Shown here piece after piece: positions 1-9,600 of a stretch of DNA of 64,000 nt; positions within the stretch are counted from its first letter, which is position 1, and each line of letters begins with the position of its first letter. Origin of the DNA: Cyanophora paradoxa CCMP329 (Eukaryota > Plantae > Glaucophyta); assembly GCA_004431415.1 (NCBI GenBank), contig QPMI01000424.1, positions 15,654 through 79,653 of the forward strand, in the 5' to 3' direction. The notes under the pieces are model-generated. The model did not search any database, was not told where the DNA came from, and saw only the letters and a program-made list of their open reading frames with translations. Made by a program: the position numbers and the translations under genes.

Positions 1-1626
1 GGTTGGGAGTCTTGGGACCTAGTTTCGCGCTCGGTCGCGAAAATATGCCGCTAGCGCTGGGCGGCGGGCGCAGGCTTAAGAGGACGGCTGCAGCGGGGTT
101 GCGTTCGAGGAGGCTCAGGGCGCCGGCGCCGGCGGTTACGTCCGGCGGTCGGCTTGTGCAGCCTCGCGCGTCCGAGTCCGGCGGCCACTCAGCGGCCAGG
201 TCGCCAGCACCGCCGTGGTGCTCGCAGCCAAGCGCGCGCCTATTCGGCGAGGGTGATGCGCCCGGCGGCCGGGCCTCGAGCTCGCCGATCGATATTGCGA
301 GTCGATCGTGGCCGCGGCTGCGCACGCGATCGCGAGGTTCCGGCGCTGTACATGCGCCCGGGCTCGCAGGGCATTCGCTAGATCTCCGAGGCTCATGACC
401 AGCCGCTGAGCCCCAGGCCGCGCTACTGGGCCAGGGCCGCGGGTTGCAGGAGCTCAAGCGGCAGCTTGGGGGGCCGAGGAGGCTTTTCGCTTCGAATTAG
501 CTGCCACGGGCCGGGTGCCACGGCGCGGGGTAGTCAGCGCTAGCTGCAGTTGCGATCTGAGTCCGTGCCCAGCTGCCGCAGTCACTGAGTGCAGCTGCAG
601 CTGCAGCCGAGTTCGGTTTGCGAATGCAAAGCGATTTGCAGCCCGCGAAGCGCGTGGCCGCTGGGTTGTGGGGCCCTGGCCAGGAATCGAAGCCGCAGGG
701 GACAGGCTTGGCGCGCGAGGCGCCGCCAGCGGCTGGGCCTTAAGCTTGTAGGGATCCGTGCTTGGACCCGTGCTTGCTGGGCGTTGCAATTGGATCCGTG
801 CTTGCAACGCCGATCGGCAGCTGCAGCTGTGCACGCAGCGGCAGGCGACGCCAGCACGGCGCCGTCGGAGTCATTCGAATTTCGCATGCTTCACCGCAAG
901 AAAACTCGTAGGGGGTCGAAGGCAAGGGGCCTCCGCGGCCGAGCTCGAGGCTCGTGCGGGGTGAATTTCCCGGTTTCGCGGGCCGGATCATCGGATCCCC
1001 GAAGGGCCCTGCTGCGAAAACGGTATACCATGATAGCCCGGCGGATAAGCAGTACGCTGGCAGCTCGCGCTACGGCGGCACTGCGAAAAGCGATTTGAAG
1101 TGCACCGTACGCGTGGCACGCCGAGGGCGAGCCATGGGCCTCGCTATAGACCCTGGCGGCGGCTGCTGCCCAGCCGTGGGTACAATTCGACGGCCGTGCG
1201 GGCACTGGCGTAATGATCGGCCCGGCGGCACTTGGCGGCATGCACGCCCAACTTGGCGATCATCGGATCGCGAGCCACGGAGCCCAAGTTCAAGGCTATG
1301 AGTGCGAGAGGGGCGTCTTGTGTGCGACCTCTAGATCTAGATCCGATGATCTGAGACTCGAGATCCGGGCCGGTCACAGGCTCAGCTGTAACGCGGCTTG
1401 CAGCCTCAAGGCTTCATGGCCTATAGCTAGGCTTGGTGGCTGAACCTGGGCCGCAGCGGCGACTCTCCCAGCGAGCTCGAGCTTGAGCCGGCCGGCTTCC
1501 CCGCGGCCGGCGCTGACGCTCGTGGCCAGAAGCTTGAGCGAGCCCGGGGCTGGTGTTTGAGCCCACGAGAAAGCAGCGGCAGCCTGCAGGCAGGTACCCG
1601 GTGATGTCCCGGAGCGAGAACCGGAG

Positions 1627-1632
1627 CTTCTG
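1627..1632 (+). repeat. Target-site duplication, left copy (CTTCTG)
   Basis: Identical hexamer at 27292-27297, directly outside the right TIR. A 6-bp TSD is typical of rve-integrase Polintons. Confidence 0.92.
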
Positions 1633-2002
1633 GCTCGCTTGGGGGTAGACCCCACCAATTGCGCGCAAAAAAAGCCGACCATGTCAATAAGCAGGTCTTA
1701 CATCTCCCACAATTCTCAGTGCGAAAATCATAAATTCGCACTGAGCCACACTATATTTTTCAAACATCTAACCCTTCCTTACTGAAACCAATCACGAAAC
1801 CCTTTAATTCTCCATTTTTCTAATTCCTTACCATTCTCAGTAAGCCCTTTAACCCTCCCCCAATCTCTCAGTAAGGACAGTAAGACCCTTATTTTTACGA
1901 AATGTTCCCGATCGTTTCCAAACTGTTTTCAGTTACCCAAATTGAAAAATCCAGGTAGACCCCACCAATTAAACAAGTGATCCCCACTTAAAGACTTCCC
2001 GA

Positions 2003-2341
2003 ATGTATAATGTAACAATGGCAAGCAATCAAGTAAATCTACCTGAGACTAAGCGGTGCAATGTTTGCGATAAGGTAAAACCGGCATCGAGTTACGCATT
2101 GCAAAAGCGTAGCTCAGGGAATATACTTTTGAATTGGAGATGCAAAGACTGCGACCGAGAGTATCACAATTACCTTTATCATTGTGTGTTAAAAACGCGT
2201 CCGAAAATCGAAGTACAATCGAAGATATGCTCGCACTGCAAGATTGAGAAGCTTGCAAGTGAGTTTAATAAAAGACAAAGAACGAAGGATGGTCTCAACT
2301 ATCAATGCCGAGAGTGTTATAGCAAAACTCGTAAGAGTTAA
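2003..2341 (+). CDS. TIR-encoded protein with two C4 zinc-finger units
   Basis: KRCNVC..K..RCKDC and KICSHC..K..F..KDGL..CREC. Conserved as an ORF in the diverged Element 2 terminus. Confidence 0.8.
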   Translation: MYNVTMASNQVNLPETKRCNVCDKVKPASSYALQKRSSGNILLNWRCKDCDREYHNYLYHCVLKTRPKIEVQSKICSHCKIEKLASEFNKRQRTKDGLNYQCRECYSKTRKS

Positions 2342-2423
2342 ACAGAATTTAATTGTATATTTTTTAAAGCAAGTTTGTGCATGAGCAAGCATGCCGAAAA
2401 TGCCCACCTGCACAAACTTGCGA

Positions 2424-2485
2424 CTTCAATCGAAATGTACTTCAATCGAAATGTACTTCAATCGAAATGTACGAATCGAAATGTA
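2424..2485 (+). repeat. 16-bp tandem repeat (CTTCAATCGAAATGTA x3 plus a shortened copy) in the TIR
   Basis: Read directly. Only one full copy at the equivalent site in Element 2 (about 37001). Confidence 0.9.
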
Positions 2486-2617
2486 CGATTAGCATATTTA
2501 CGACAAAGTACGACGATAGACCACGTTAAAATACACTCGCGCCCCGCCCACTATGCAAGATACATGCGAACAACATGCGAGATACATATATAAATTGTTT
2601 TTCTCTTCCTATAATAA

Positions 2618-3427
2618 ATGAAGACTCACTTTTACCATAAATATACCGGCAACAAGTATAATGAAATGGATACGATCTATCCATATATCGATTTAGAAGG
2701 AATTAATAAAGTTATAGAACCGTTTTGTGGTTCAGGTGCTTGTAGTTTCTATCTTTGGGAAAAGCATAAAGACCGGTTTGATTATTATATGAATGATAAC
2801 GACGAAACCCATACCCTTTTTTTGAATACAATGAAAGACCCAGACAATAAAGTTAAACTCTTAGAGAGTCTTAAACAGTTCGAAGCAGTTAGCAATATAG
2901 AAGAGCATAAAGAAGTCTATAAGAAGTTTCTACAACATGATCGTAAAGATGCAATGGATTACTTAGCTCACCATTTCTATCTTCTTAAAAACAGCGTTTT
3001 AAATGTTAAAACCCTCCGTGATTTCAAAAAACGAAACGTGAAGGTGAGTCCATATACAACTCTTAAAAAGAAGATGCCTTACGATGATTTCATAAAAGGA
3101 GTCAACCTATCCCATGGGGATTTTCGCGATATTGTAGCCAAATATAGAGATGACGAAGCGGCTTTTATATTTCTCGATCCTCCATACGTAAACAGCAATA
3201 ATGACTTTTACGAAAATGTAGAATTCGATTTAGAAACCTTCTTTTTGGATTTGGAAGACCTATTTAAGACAGCGAAATGCAAGGTTATGATGGTTGTAAA
3301 TGATGCTCTTTTAATGAAACTCCTATTTAAACCCTATATTCGCCATACGTATGGCAAAGTGTATGGTATAACAAAACGAAAAAGGAACCATATCATAATG
3401 ACTAACTATGAACTTGGTGAAAAATAA
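2618..3427 (+). CDS. DNA N6-adenine methyltransferase (Dam/D12 class)
   Basis: YTGNK, IEPFCGSG (SAM-binding motif I), YMND and FLDPPY (catalytic motif IV). Confidence 0.9.
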   Translation: MKTHFYHKYTGNKYNEMDTIYPYIDLEGINKVIEPFCGSGACSFYLWEKHKDRFDYYMNDNDETHTLFLNTMKDPDNKVKLLESLKQFEAVSNIEEHKEVYKKFLQHDRKDAMDYLAHHFYLLKNSVLNVKTLRDFKKRNVKVSPYTTLKKKMPYDDFIKGVNLSHGDFRDIVAKYRDDEAAFIFLDPPYVNSNNDFYENVEFDLETFFLDLEDLFKTAKCKVMMVVNDALLMKLLFKPYIRHTYGKVYGITKRKRNHIIMTNYELGEK

Positions 3428-3736
3428 CGACTCAGTCGTATATATATTTCGTATATATGTCCGAACCTCCGTCTGTATGATCCCGCCCAACTTTGATTTT
3501 TTTGTGTTTTTTTTGTTTTTTTCGCATATGACGACATATACATATATATACCGGCGTCACCGACATATTCGGGGTCATCAGATCGCGGCGATTCCGAAAA
3601 CATATAGCATGCGATAGCGTAGTATTTTTACCTGGCAGGTCTGATCGTAATGTGATAAACTCTATGGCTGATCGTAATGTGATAGGTGAGATCTCGCCTA
3701 CGCAGCTCCCGCAGGCACCTTCGTTCGCAGGTCGAT

Positions 3737-4004
3737 GCTGTCAGCCGACATGATGCGACAGTATCACGCTGTCAGCCGATATTATGGGGATAACATGATG
3801 CTGTCAGCCGACATGATGCGACAGTATCACGCTGTCAGCCGATATTATGGGGATAACATGATGCTGTCAGCCGACATTATGCAAATAAAATGATGCTGTC
3901 AGCCGACATTATGCGACAGTATCACGCTGTCAGCCGACATTATGCGACAGTATCACGCTGTCAGCCGACATTATGCGACAGTATCACGCTGTCAACCGAC
4001 ATTA
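3737..4004 (+). repeat. Minisatellite of nine 31-32-bp units with core GCTGTCAGCCGAYAT
   Basis: Units start at 3737, 3768, 3800, 3831, 3863, 3895, 3926, 3957 and 3988 (last one partial). Three tail variants recur. Confidence 0.95.
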
Positions 4005-4489
4005 CGTAAACTACGCCGAAACTAAGCCTTATAGTAGGTCTGTTATACCTTTCAAATTCTCAGTTAGAAGCATAATAGCCGCCGGCTTTGATTTACCATA
4101 ACACCGCGATCGCGACTCGGCGGCGACCCCCCCTTCCGTTTTCCGGGCATAACTTTGGACAGGAAGCTGATCTCGGCACGCTCTCAATTGCTATGTGCTC
4201 ACAACTTGATTCCGGGCATGATGGTGCTACATTGACCAGCTTAGGCAACCGTGGCGCGAAGCGCAAGTTCGCCATCGGCACAAGTGCCCGAAAACGGAGG
4301 TGTCCGCTACATTCTGAGCGCCGGCGCGCGTTCCCGTGCGGCTCCACTAGTCATACTTCGCATCCGTGTGCGTATAGAGTAATTCTACGCTATTACAAAG
4401 CGGCGCAGTCGGATTCGCAAAGGTTGCGATTTGGCGGCTACAAAAGCACACACAGCTCGTAGCTCACAAAAATATCGACTTAAATAATA

Positions 4490-4882
4490 ATGGATTCCCG
4501 ATACCGCGGCTACCACGTTATGCTCGACTATATAACCGACCCGTTCACCGACTCCCCGGAGGCATGCGCCGAGTGGATCACAGCGAACCTATCGCAATAT
4601 ATCACAGATCGCAAGATGCGCATCGTGCATCAGCACACTTGCATTTTCGATGGCTCTATTTCCCCTCCTGGTTTCGCGATTGGCTTTCTATTGGATGAGT
4701 CGCATGCGACAGCTCACTCTTACAGCGACCAGGGGCTATTAGCGATCGATATCTTTACATGCGGCTCAAACGCCGAAGCGAAGACAATGGGTATAGCACG
4801 GGACATTAACGAACTCATACAAGAAAGGCTGAAAGTTCGAAAGTGGGACTTACAGGTCGAGCAAAGGTTCCCAATTTCATAA
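4490..4882 (+). CDS. speD: S-adenosylmethionine decarboxylase proenzyme (short prokaryotic-type, pyruvoyl-dependent)
   Basis: GYHVMLD start, LLDE|SH self-cleavage motif, HSY and AIDIFTCG. Length 130 aa. Confidence 0.85.
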   Translation: MDSRYRGYHVMLDYITDPFTDSPEACAEWITANLSQYITDRKMRIVHQHTCIFDGSISPPGFAIGFLLDESHATAHSYSDQGLLAIDIFTCGSNAEAKTMGIARDINELIQERLKVRKWDLQVEQRFPIS

Positions 4883-4907
4883 AAAATGAAAAAAGCGACA
4901 TATACAT

Positions 4908-5222
4908 TTAATGTTCCTTGATCGGAAACTTGCCCATTAGCGGGTGATCGAGACCCATGACATACCAGCATCGCATGACGGGATCCCAGCGGGCTCTCTC
5001 AGCCTTCGCTTGATCCTTAAATTCATAAGGAATATCGAGGTAAACCTTCACGTTTCTTTGATACACTTGCTCATAGCTTAGAGTTTTGAACTGAGAGCAT
5101 AGGGGGTGATCTTTCTTCGTGACATACCAGCATGAATTCTCACGATCCCACTTTCCACCGAGGGATTTCGCAACGTCTTTTTTATCATACGGAATGTCAA
5201 CGAAATGCTTTTCACCCTCCAT
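4908..5222 (-). CDS. Tandem DUF5710-like domain protein
   Basis: Two repeats of (V/L)DIPY..KD.AK....+WD....CWYV. Confidence 0.75.
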   Translation of the reverse strand: MEGEKHFVDIPYDKKDVAKSLGGKWDRENSCWYVTKKDHPLCSQFKTLSYEQVYQRNVKVYLDIPYEFKDQAKAERARWDPVMRCWYVMGLDHPLMGKFPIKEH

Positions 5223-5235
5223 CGCTTTTATATTT

Positions 5236-5255
5236 ACCGGAGAAAATAATTTCGG
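5236..5255 (-). promoter_or_regulatory. Putative promoter motif CCGAAATTATTTTCTCCGGT
   Basis: Identical 20-mer at 11005-11024. Core TATTTTCTCCG also at 11574-11586 and 12135-12145. Each lies shortly upstream of a start codon. Confidence 0.7.
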
Positions 5256-5261
5256 GGTTTG

Positions 5262-6644
5262 TTATGAACGAGATGACCGAAGAATGCGCGTAGTAGGGGC
5301 TGTGTAGCTTGCGCTCTGATTCTTGAATGATTTATACCACCGCTGACTGTTTACCTCTGAGAGCTTCTCGGTTCCTGCGATCGTTAATTTGGCGAGCTCT
5401 CTCAGCGCTCTCTTCGTCTTTTCTGCGCGATCTTCCAGTAGGTCGCCTTTGGGAACGCTTGCGGCAACATCTATACCTTCCTTTTGAACCTGTCGGATAG
5501 AAGCGGCTTCTATTTCGGCTGCTTTGATTGCGTTGCCTGATGGTTCCACCACAGCTTCGACCTCTGTAATGATCTGCAATTCGTGCGGCTTAAAAAGCTT
5601 CGGCATTACGTTTCCGGATGCATCTTGCACCTCTATTGCGTTTCCTCTCCTTCCCGCAATTTTGTAGACCTCTCGGCTATACCTTTGAGTCGCCCCTTTA
5701 TCGAACTTCGATCTCGGCAATAACAGGCGGACGTGGAGACCCGGCGTAAAGTCGCTGAATATATCCTTGACGATCGTATTCTTTTTCGAAATAATAGCCG
5801 CTCGGATCCGATCCATATCAGTAAGCTTAACATCTGCGGGCTTCATTCCTATTGTTCTGTGAATGGTGTTGTTATAATTGAAAACGAAGTCGTCCAATTT
5901 GTCCATGAATCGAACTGTATTATAAGCGACACAGTAATTGTTTATCATCGTTTTTAAGGTCAAATGAAAGCGATTCATTATTCCCAGCGAAGTGTGATCT
6001 CCGACCTGTTTAAAGCGGTGCTCTATTCCATTATTTTTCACGATCTCCTGAAACTCCTTCGCGACGAATTCTGAACCGTTATCTGTCTCTAATCGAACCA
6101 TTGGAGCCGGGAGCTCTGTGAGCATCTCCGCAAAAGCGGCGGCAACACTTGCGCCCTCCTTATTCTTTAACTTCTTGGCATATGCTTTTCGGCTCGTCAT
6201 CTCAATGAGAGTAAGGACTGCAATGTAGCCGGAATTATAGCTGCCATATGAGAGATAAAAGATGAGATCCGCTTGATAGCACCACGGCGGGGCTGTGATG
6301 GGAATAAAGGCTGTTTGGGTCGGTGCGGGGGGCTTCTTGTTGATCTGCATAAATTCTTGTTTCGCTGCGACATCTTGCACTTCTTTCAATGTGAGGCTCT
6401 TGTCCTCTTTTCTCAGCTCTTCGTACAATGCCGATGGGTTCTTAAAACCTGTCTTTGGGTCATACATGCGGCGCACGATCTTAGAGGACGGGTTAGCAAT
6501 GCTAAAAGGAACATCTCCTAATAAATTTGATTTTGCTTGGCGTTTTGTGATTTTTTGGGGGACTTGCTCAGTCTCAGGAACCGCGATAGGTAGTATGGTG
6601 GTCTCTGTCTCCTCTCCCGCTACCCTTCTGACGATCCGTGACAT
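5262..6644 (-). CDS. Retroviral-like (rve) integrase
   Basis: CYQADL, LETDNGSEF, NRFHLTLK, YNNTIHRTIGMKP and an SH3-like C-terminal segment. No chromodomain evident. Confidence 0.92.
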   Translation of the reverse strand: MSRIVRRVAGEETETTILPIAVPETEQVPQKITKRQAKSNLLGDVPFSIANPSSKIVRRMYDPKTGFKNPSALYEELRKEDKSLTLKEVQDVAAKQEFMQINKKPPAPTQTAFIPITAPPWCYQADLIFYLSYGSYNSGYIAVLTLIEMTSRKAYAKKLKNKEGASVAAAFAEMLTELPAPMVRLETDNGSEFVAKEFQEIVKNNGIEHRFKQVGDHTSLGIMNRFHLTLKTMINNYCVAYNTVRFMDKLDDFVFNYNNTIHRTIGMKPADVKLTDMDRIRAAIISKKNTIVKDIFSDFTPGLHVRLLLPRSKFDKGATQRYSREVYKIAGRRGNAIEVQDASGNVMPKLFKPHELQIITEVEAVVEPSGNAIKAAEIEAASIRQVQKEGIDVAASVPKGDLLEDRAEKTKRALRELAKLTIAGTEKLSEVNSQRWYKSFKNQSASYTAPTTRILRSSRS

Positions 6645-6662
6645 TCTTCTAATTAAACCTGT

Positions 6663-9600
6663 TTATTTTTTGCTGCAATTGCACCCGTGATGCGCGAGCT
6701 GGCAATTGTCTTTAAGATGCGGGCGCCTGTTGTTTATGCGATCCACGACGAGCTTGTAATTCGGATCTTGCGGCTCAATCGGAATCGGAAGGGAACAGAG
6801 CGCACAGGCGCCCTTCTGTTGCTTTTTGCGCTCTAATATCCACTCCGGCGTAATATAATCCGCCTCGTCGAAATCGCGCCCGGCACGCTGATCCTGGCAT
6901 TTATAACCGCGGATCTTTGTTTTCAGATATTCGATGTAGTCACTCTTTCCTTGGAACTTGTGAATCGGTGTATAAATCAGCACAGTGGACAGATCGCGGT
7001 TACGAGTGAGAGCGGTATAGAACCATTCGCGAGTGGTATAGCGGAACGTAGCCTCACAAATGACAATGCCCGAATCAAGTGTGAGACCTTGCGTTGAATG
7101 ACCTGTTCCTGCATAAGGGAGAGAAAAATGTTCTAACATCGCGCACGGAACCTCGAACGTGACGCCATCGAAAACGTCAGTTAATGTGACCATTTGCTTT
7201 GTAATTTTGGTGATCCGATAGGTGTAATTTGTGTATGCATTAATAGACTCACCCTCAGACCGCGAAATGCGTAGATACCTGCGACAAACGACTTCCAGAC
7301 CCTTGTAGAATTTGATGCCGTTGACCTCTACGGTTGCAATATTTACTTTTCGTCTATCGTGCATCAGTTTGTTATAGGCTAAGGTCATTTCGTTTCTGTA
7401 AGCGATGCCAAAGTAGCCGTCAGGAATTGCGTTTAGATCATTAATTGTCGGCAACCCGTATTTCGAGATAATCTGTGCGGCTTCGAGTCCGTTTTCGAAG
7501 AGATCCTCTTTGATCGCCCGAATTAATTCACGGTCTGTCTCCTTCTTGTGCCGCTTGTTAATGCGTAGACTCAGGACGTTAGGGAACATGCTCTGAACAG
7601 CGCGCTTATAGTAGCCCTTGCGATCAGAAACCGAGAGCTCGTCATTAATTGGTTCGTTCTGATAGGTATCGCCATTAGCCAAATATTTGATATCCGGATA
7701 GCGATCGATAAACGACTTGATCTTAGCGAGATCTTTTACGGAATACGCGAATATCTCGTCGAACATAATGTGACTGAACTCGGAGACGAACGCCCTCTGG
7801 TCTTTTTCGCTCATAGCCTCTTCGTAGGTCTGATCATTTGAGACACGGATCCCGAGAACATTATACAAAGTACGAACGGTAATATTTTCGATTCCGCGGA
7901 CTTTCAGGGAGTCCCTTAGCTCTGCGCACTGTTTGTTATAGGGGCAAATAACTAAGCAATTCGACTTCTGAGATGCGAAACAGTTAATACCGAGTGTCGA
8001 CTTTCCACTTCCGGGCATGTCAGCAAGGACAAGCATACGATTATGGAGCTCCGCAACCCAATTAAAGCACTCAGGATTAAATTCGTCCCTCAGCGAGAAC
8101 CGGTTAATGAGTGTCTCGGGATCCTGAAATTCGAGAGTTACACCCCGTGGTGGGCGGAGTGCATTCTCAGGGCATCTTTTCCCGGGAATATAGCTGAATT
8201 TGCCCATGTTCTCAAACGCATTTCGGTCGAACTCTTTCTTACTTGTCCATGAACCTTCGATATATAGACAGTCCGTTCTGATCCCGGCAACCTTGTGCCC
8301 GCGCGCTGTCAGGCGCTTGTATTGCGCAAACATATTAGCACGGTTGCGATCGTAAATATGAAAGTGGATAGGAAGGAATCCGTTAACGAGCTCGCGGTGG
8401 GAGCTGATCTTAACGAAATAGATGTGACCTTCGAATTCGCTAAGAGTTTTGACACGTTTCGAATTCTTAGGATTGAAAGTAAACACCTCTACTGTTCCTC
8501 CGCATTCTTGGGCGAACCTCTCAGCCTCGGCACGGTTGTAGAACATTTTCGTGGATGTTTGCGAGTCTTGGAATTTGCCGAGCATTCCGATCTCTTTCAC
8601 TAAAATGTGTTTCTTGTCCGTGGTTTGAATGTCACTTGAAAGCACTTTTTTCATCTCAGCGATCGACGTATTGGGCACCAAATGCGAAGGCTCCGCGACC
8701 GCGATAATCTCTATCTTGTCCTTTACGTCCGCCCAGTGCATGGCGAGAGTGTAGCCTGTCATGAAATTATAACAGCGACCACTCACGGAAAATGCGCGAT
8801 CCAGAATAATTTCGACTCCATCAATCTTGCGAGACATGGCGGCATCATAATCTACATCCTCATCGTCGGCGAAAGTCGCTTGCTCTCTCTCAAACGCGAC
8901 CACACGCACGTAGTAGATCGCGTATTCGAGAATATCGCTTCCCACTTTAAAGGGAACGAAGTCATCGAATACATTGTATTTCGGAAGATATTGCATGCCT
9001 TTCAGTATCGAAGGGTAGCACTTCGCCATATCGACGGCTGTGTAGGTGGCTTTTGGGTTTGGCTTATAGAAATAACCGCTGAGTGCCGATCGCTTGTAGT
9101 GCGTGAGAATTTCGCGCATGTTCGGGCTGTAATGTGAGATATTCGTGGCATTTAGAAGCGACTCCCGGAATCCCTTCCCGATTTCACAGACCTTATTATA
9201 ATACTCTTCTGTTTCGAAATCTTGCTCAATAAAGTGGTCGGTTGTGCGTGGATCTTTGATAGAAAACATCGACCCATTGGCTTTGAATGTGATGCTGTCG
9301 ATTTGTTTCGATGGTGTTAGCTTCACAGCGGGCTCATATCGCATTTTCAGGAACGTAAATAGAAGACCTTCCAGACCTTCACGCCCAGTATACAGAATGC
9401 GAATGAAACTGCGCTCGTCGGGCGATAGTTTAAGTTGCGTGATCTTTAACAGATCCTTGGATGTGTGCGCGAAGATATCGTGAGTAAGACACGTCGGAAT
9501 TTTATAGAGTGCTAACGAAGAGTTCGACTTAGGAACATGATTATCGAGCTCTTCGACCTCCATCTTTGCCATGCGCATTTCGAGCGACTTGATGTTATCG

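Larger units (their letters stand above)
1633..2567 (+). repeat. Left terminal inverted repeat of Element 1 (935 bp)
   Basis: Starts GCTCGCTTGGGGGTAGACCCCACC and ends ...GATACATGC. Reverse complement of 26357-27291; one mismatch noticed, at position 8. Confidence 0.95.

Noticed and set aside
1-1626. Many overlapping ORFs in the left flank
   Set aside because: GC-rich, low-complexity Arg/Ala translations in all frames with no recognisable motif.
2189-2593. Short ORFs 2189-2413 and 2375-2593 in the TIR
   Set aside because: They overlap the zinc-finger gene or the 16-bp repeat and are not preserved as such in Element 2.
3737-4004. CRISPR array
   Set aside because: The variable parts are only about 13 nt and recur (three variants), and there are no cas genes. 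It is a minisatellite.
4088-4462. 124-aa ORF or structured RNA upstream of AdoMetDC
   Set aside because: No protein motif and a non-ATG start. Only a short GCCGCC/GGCGGC stem is visible, too little to support a riboswitch or ncRNA call.
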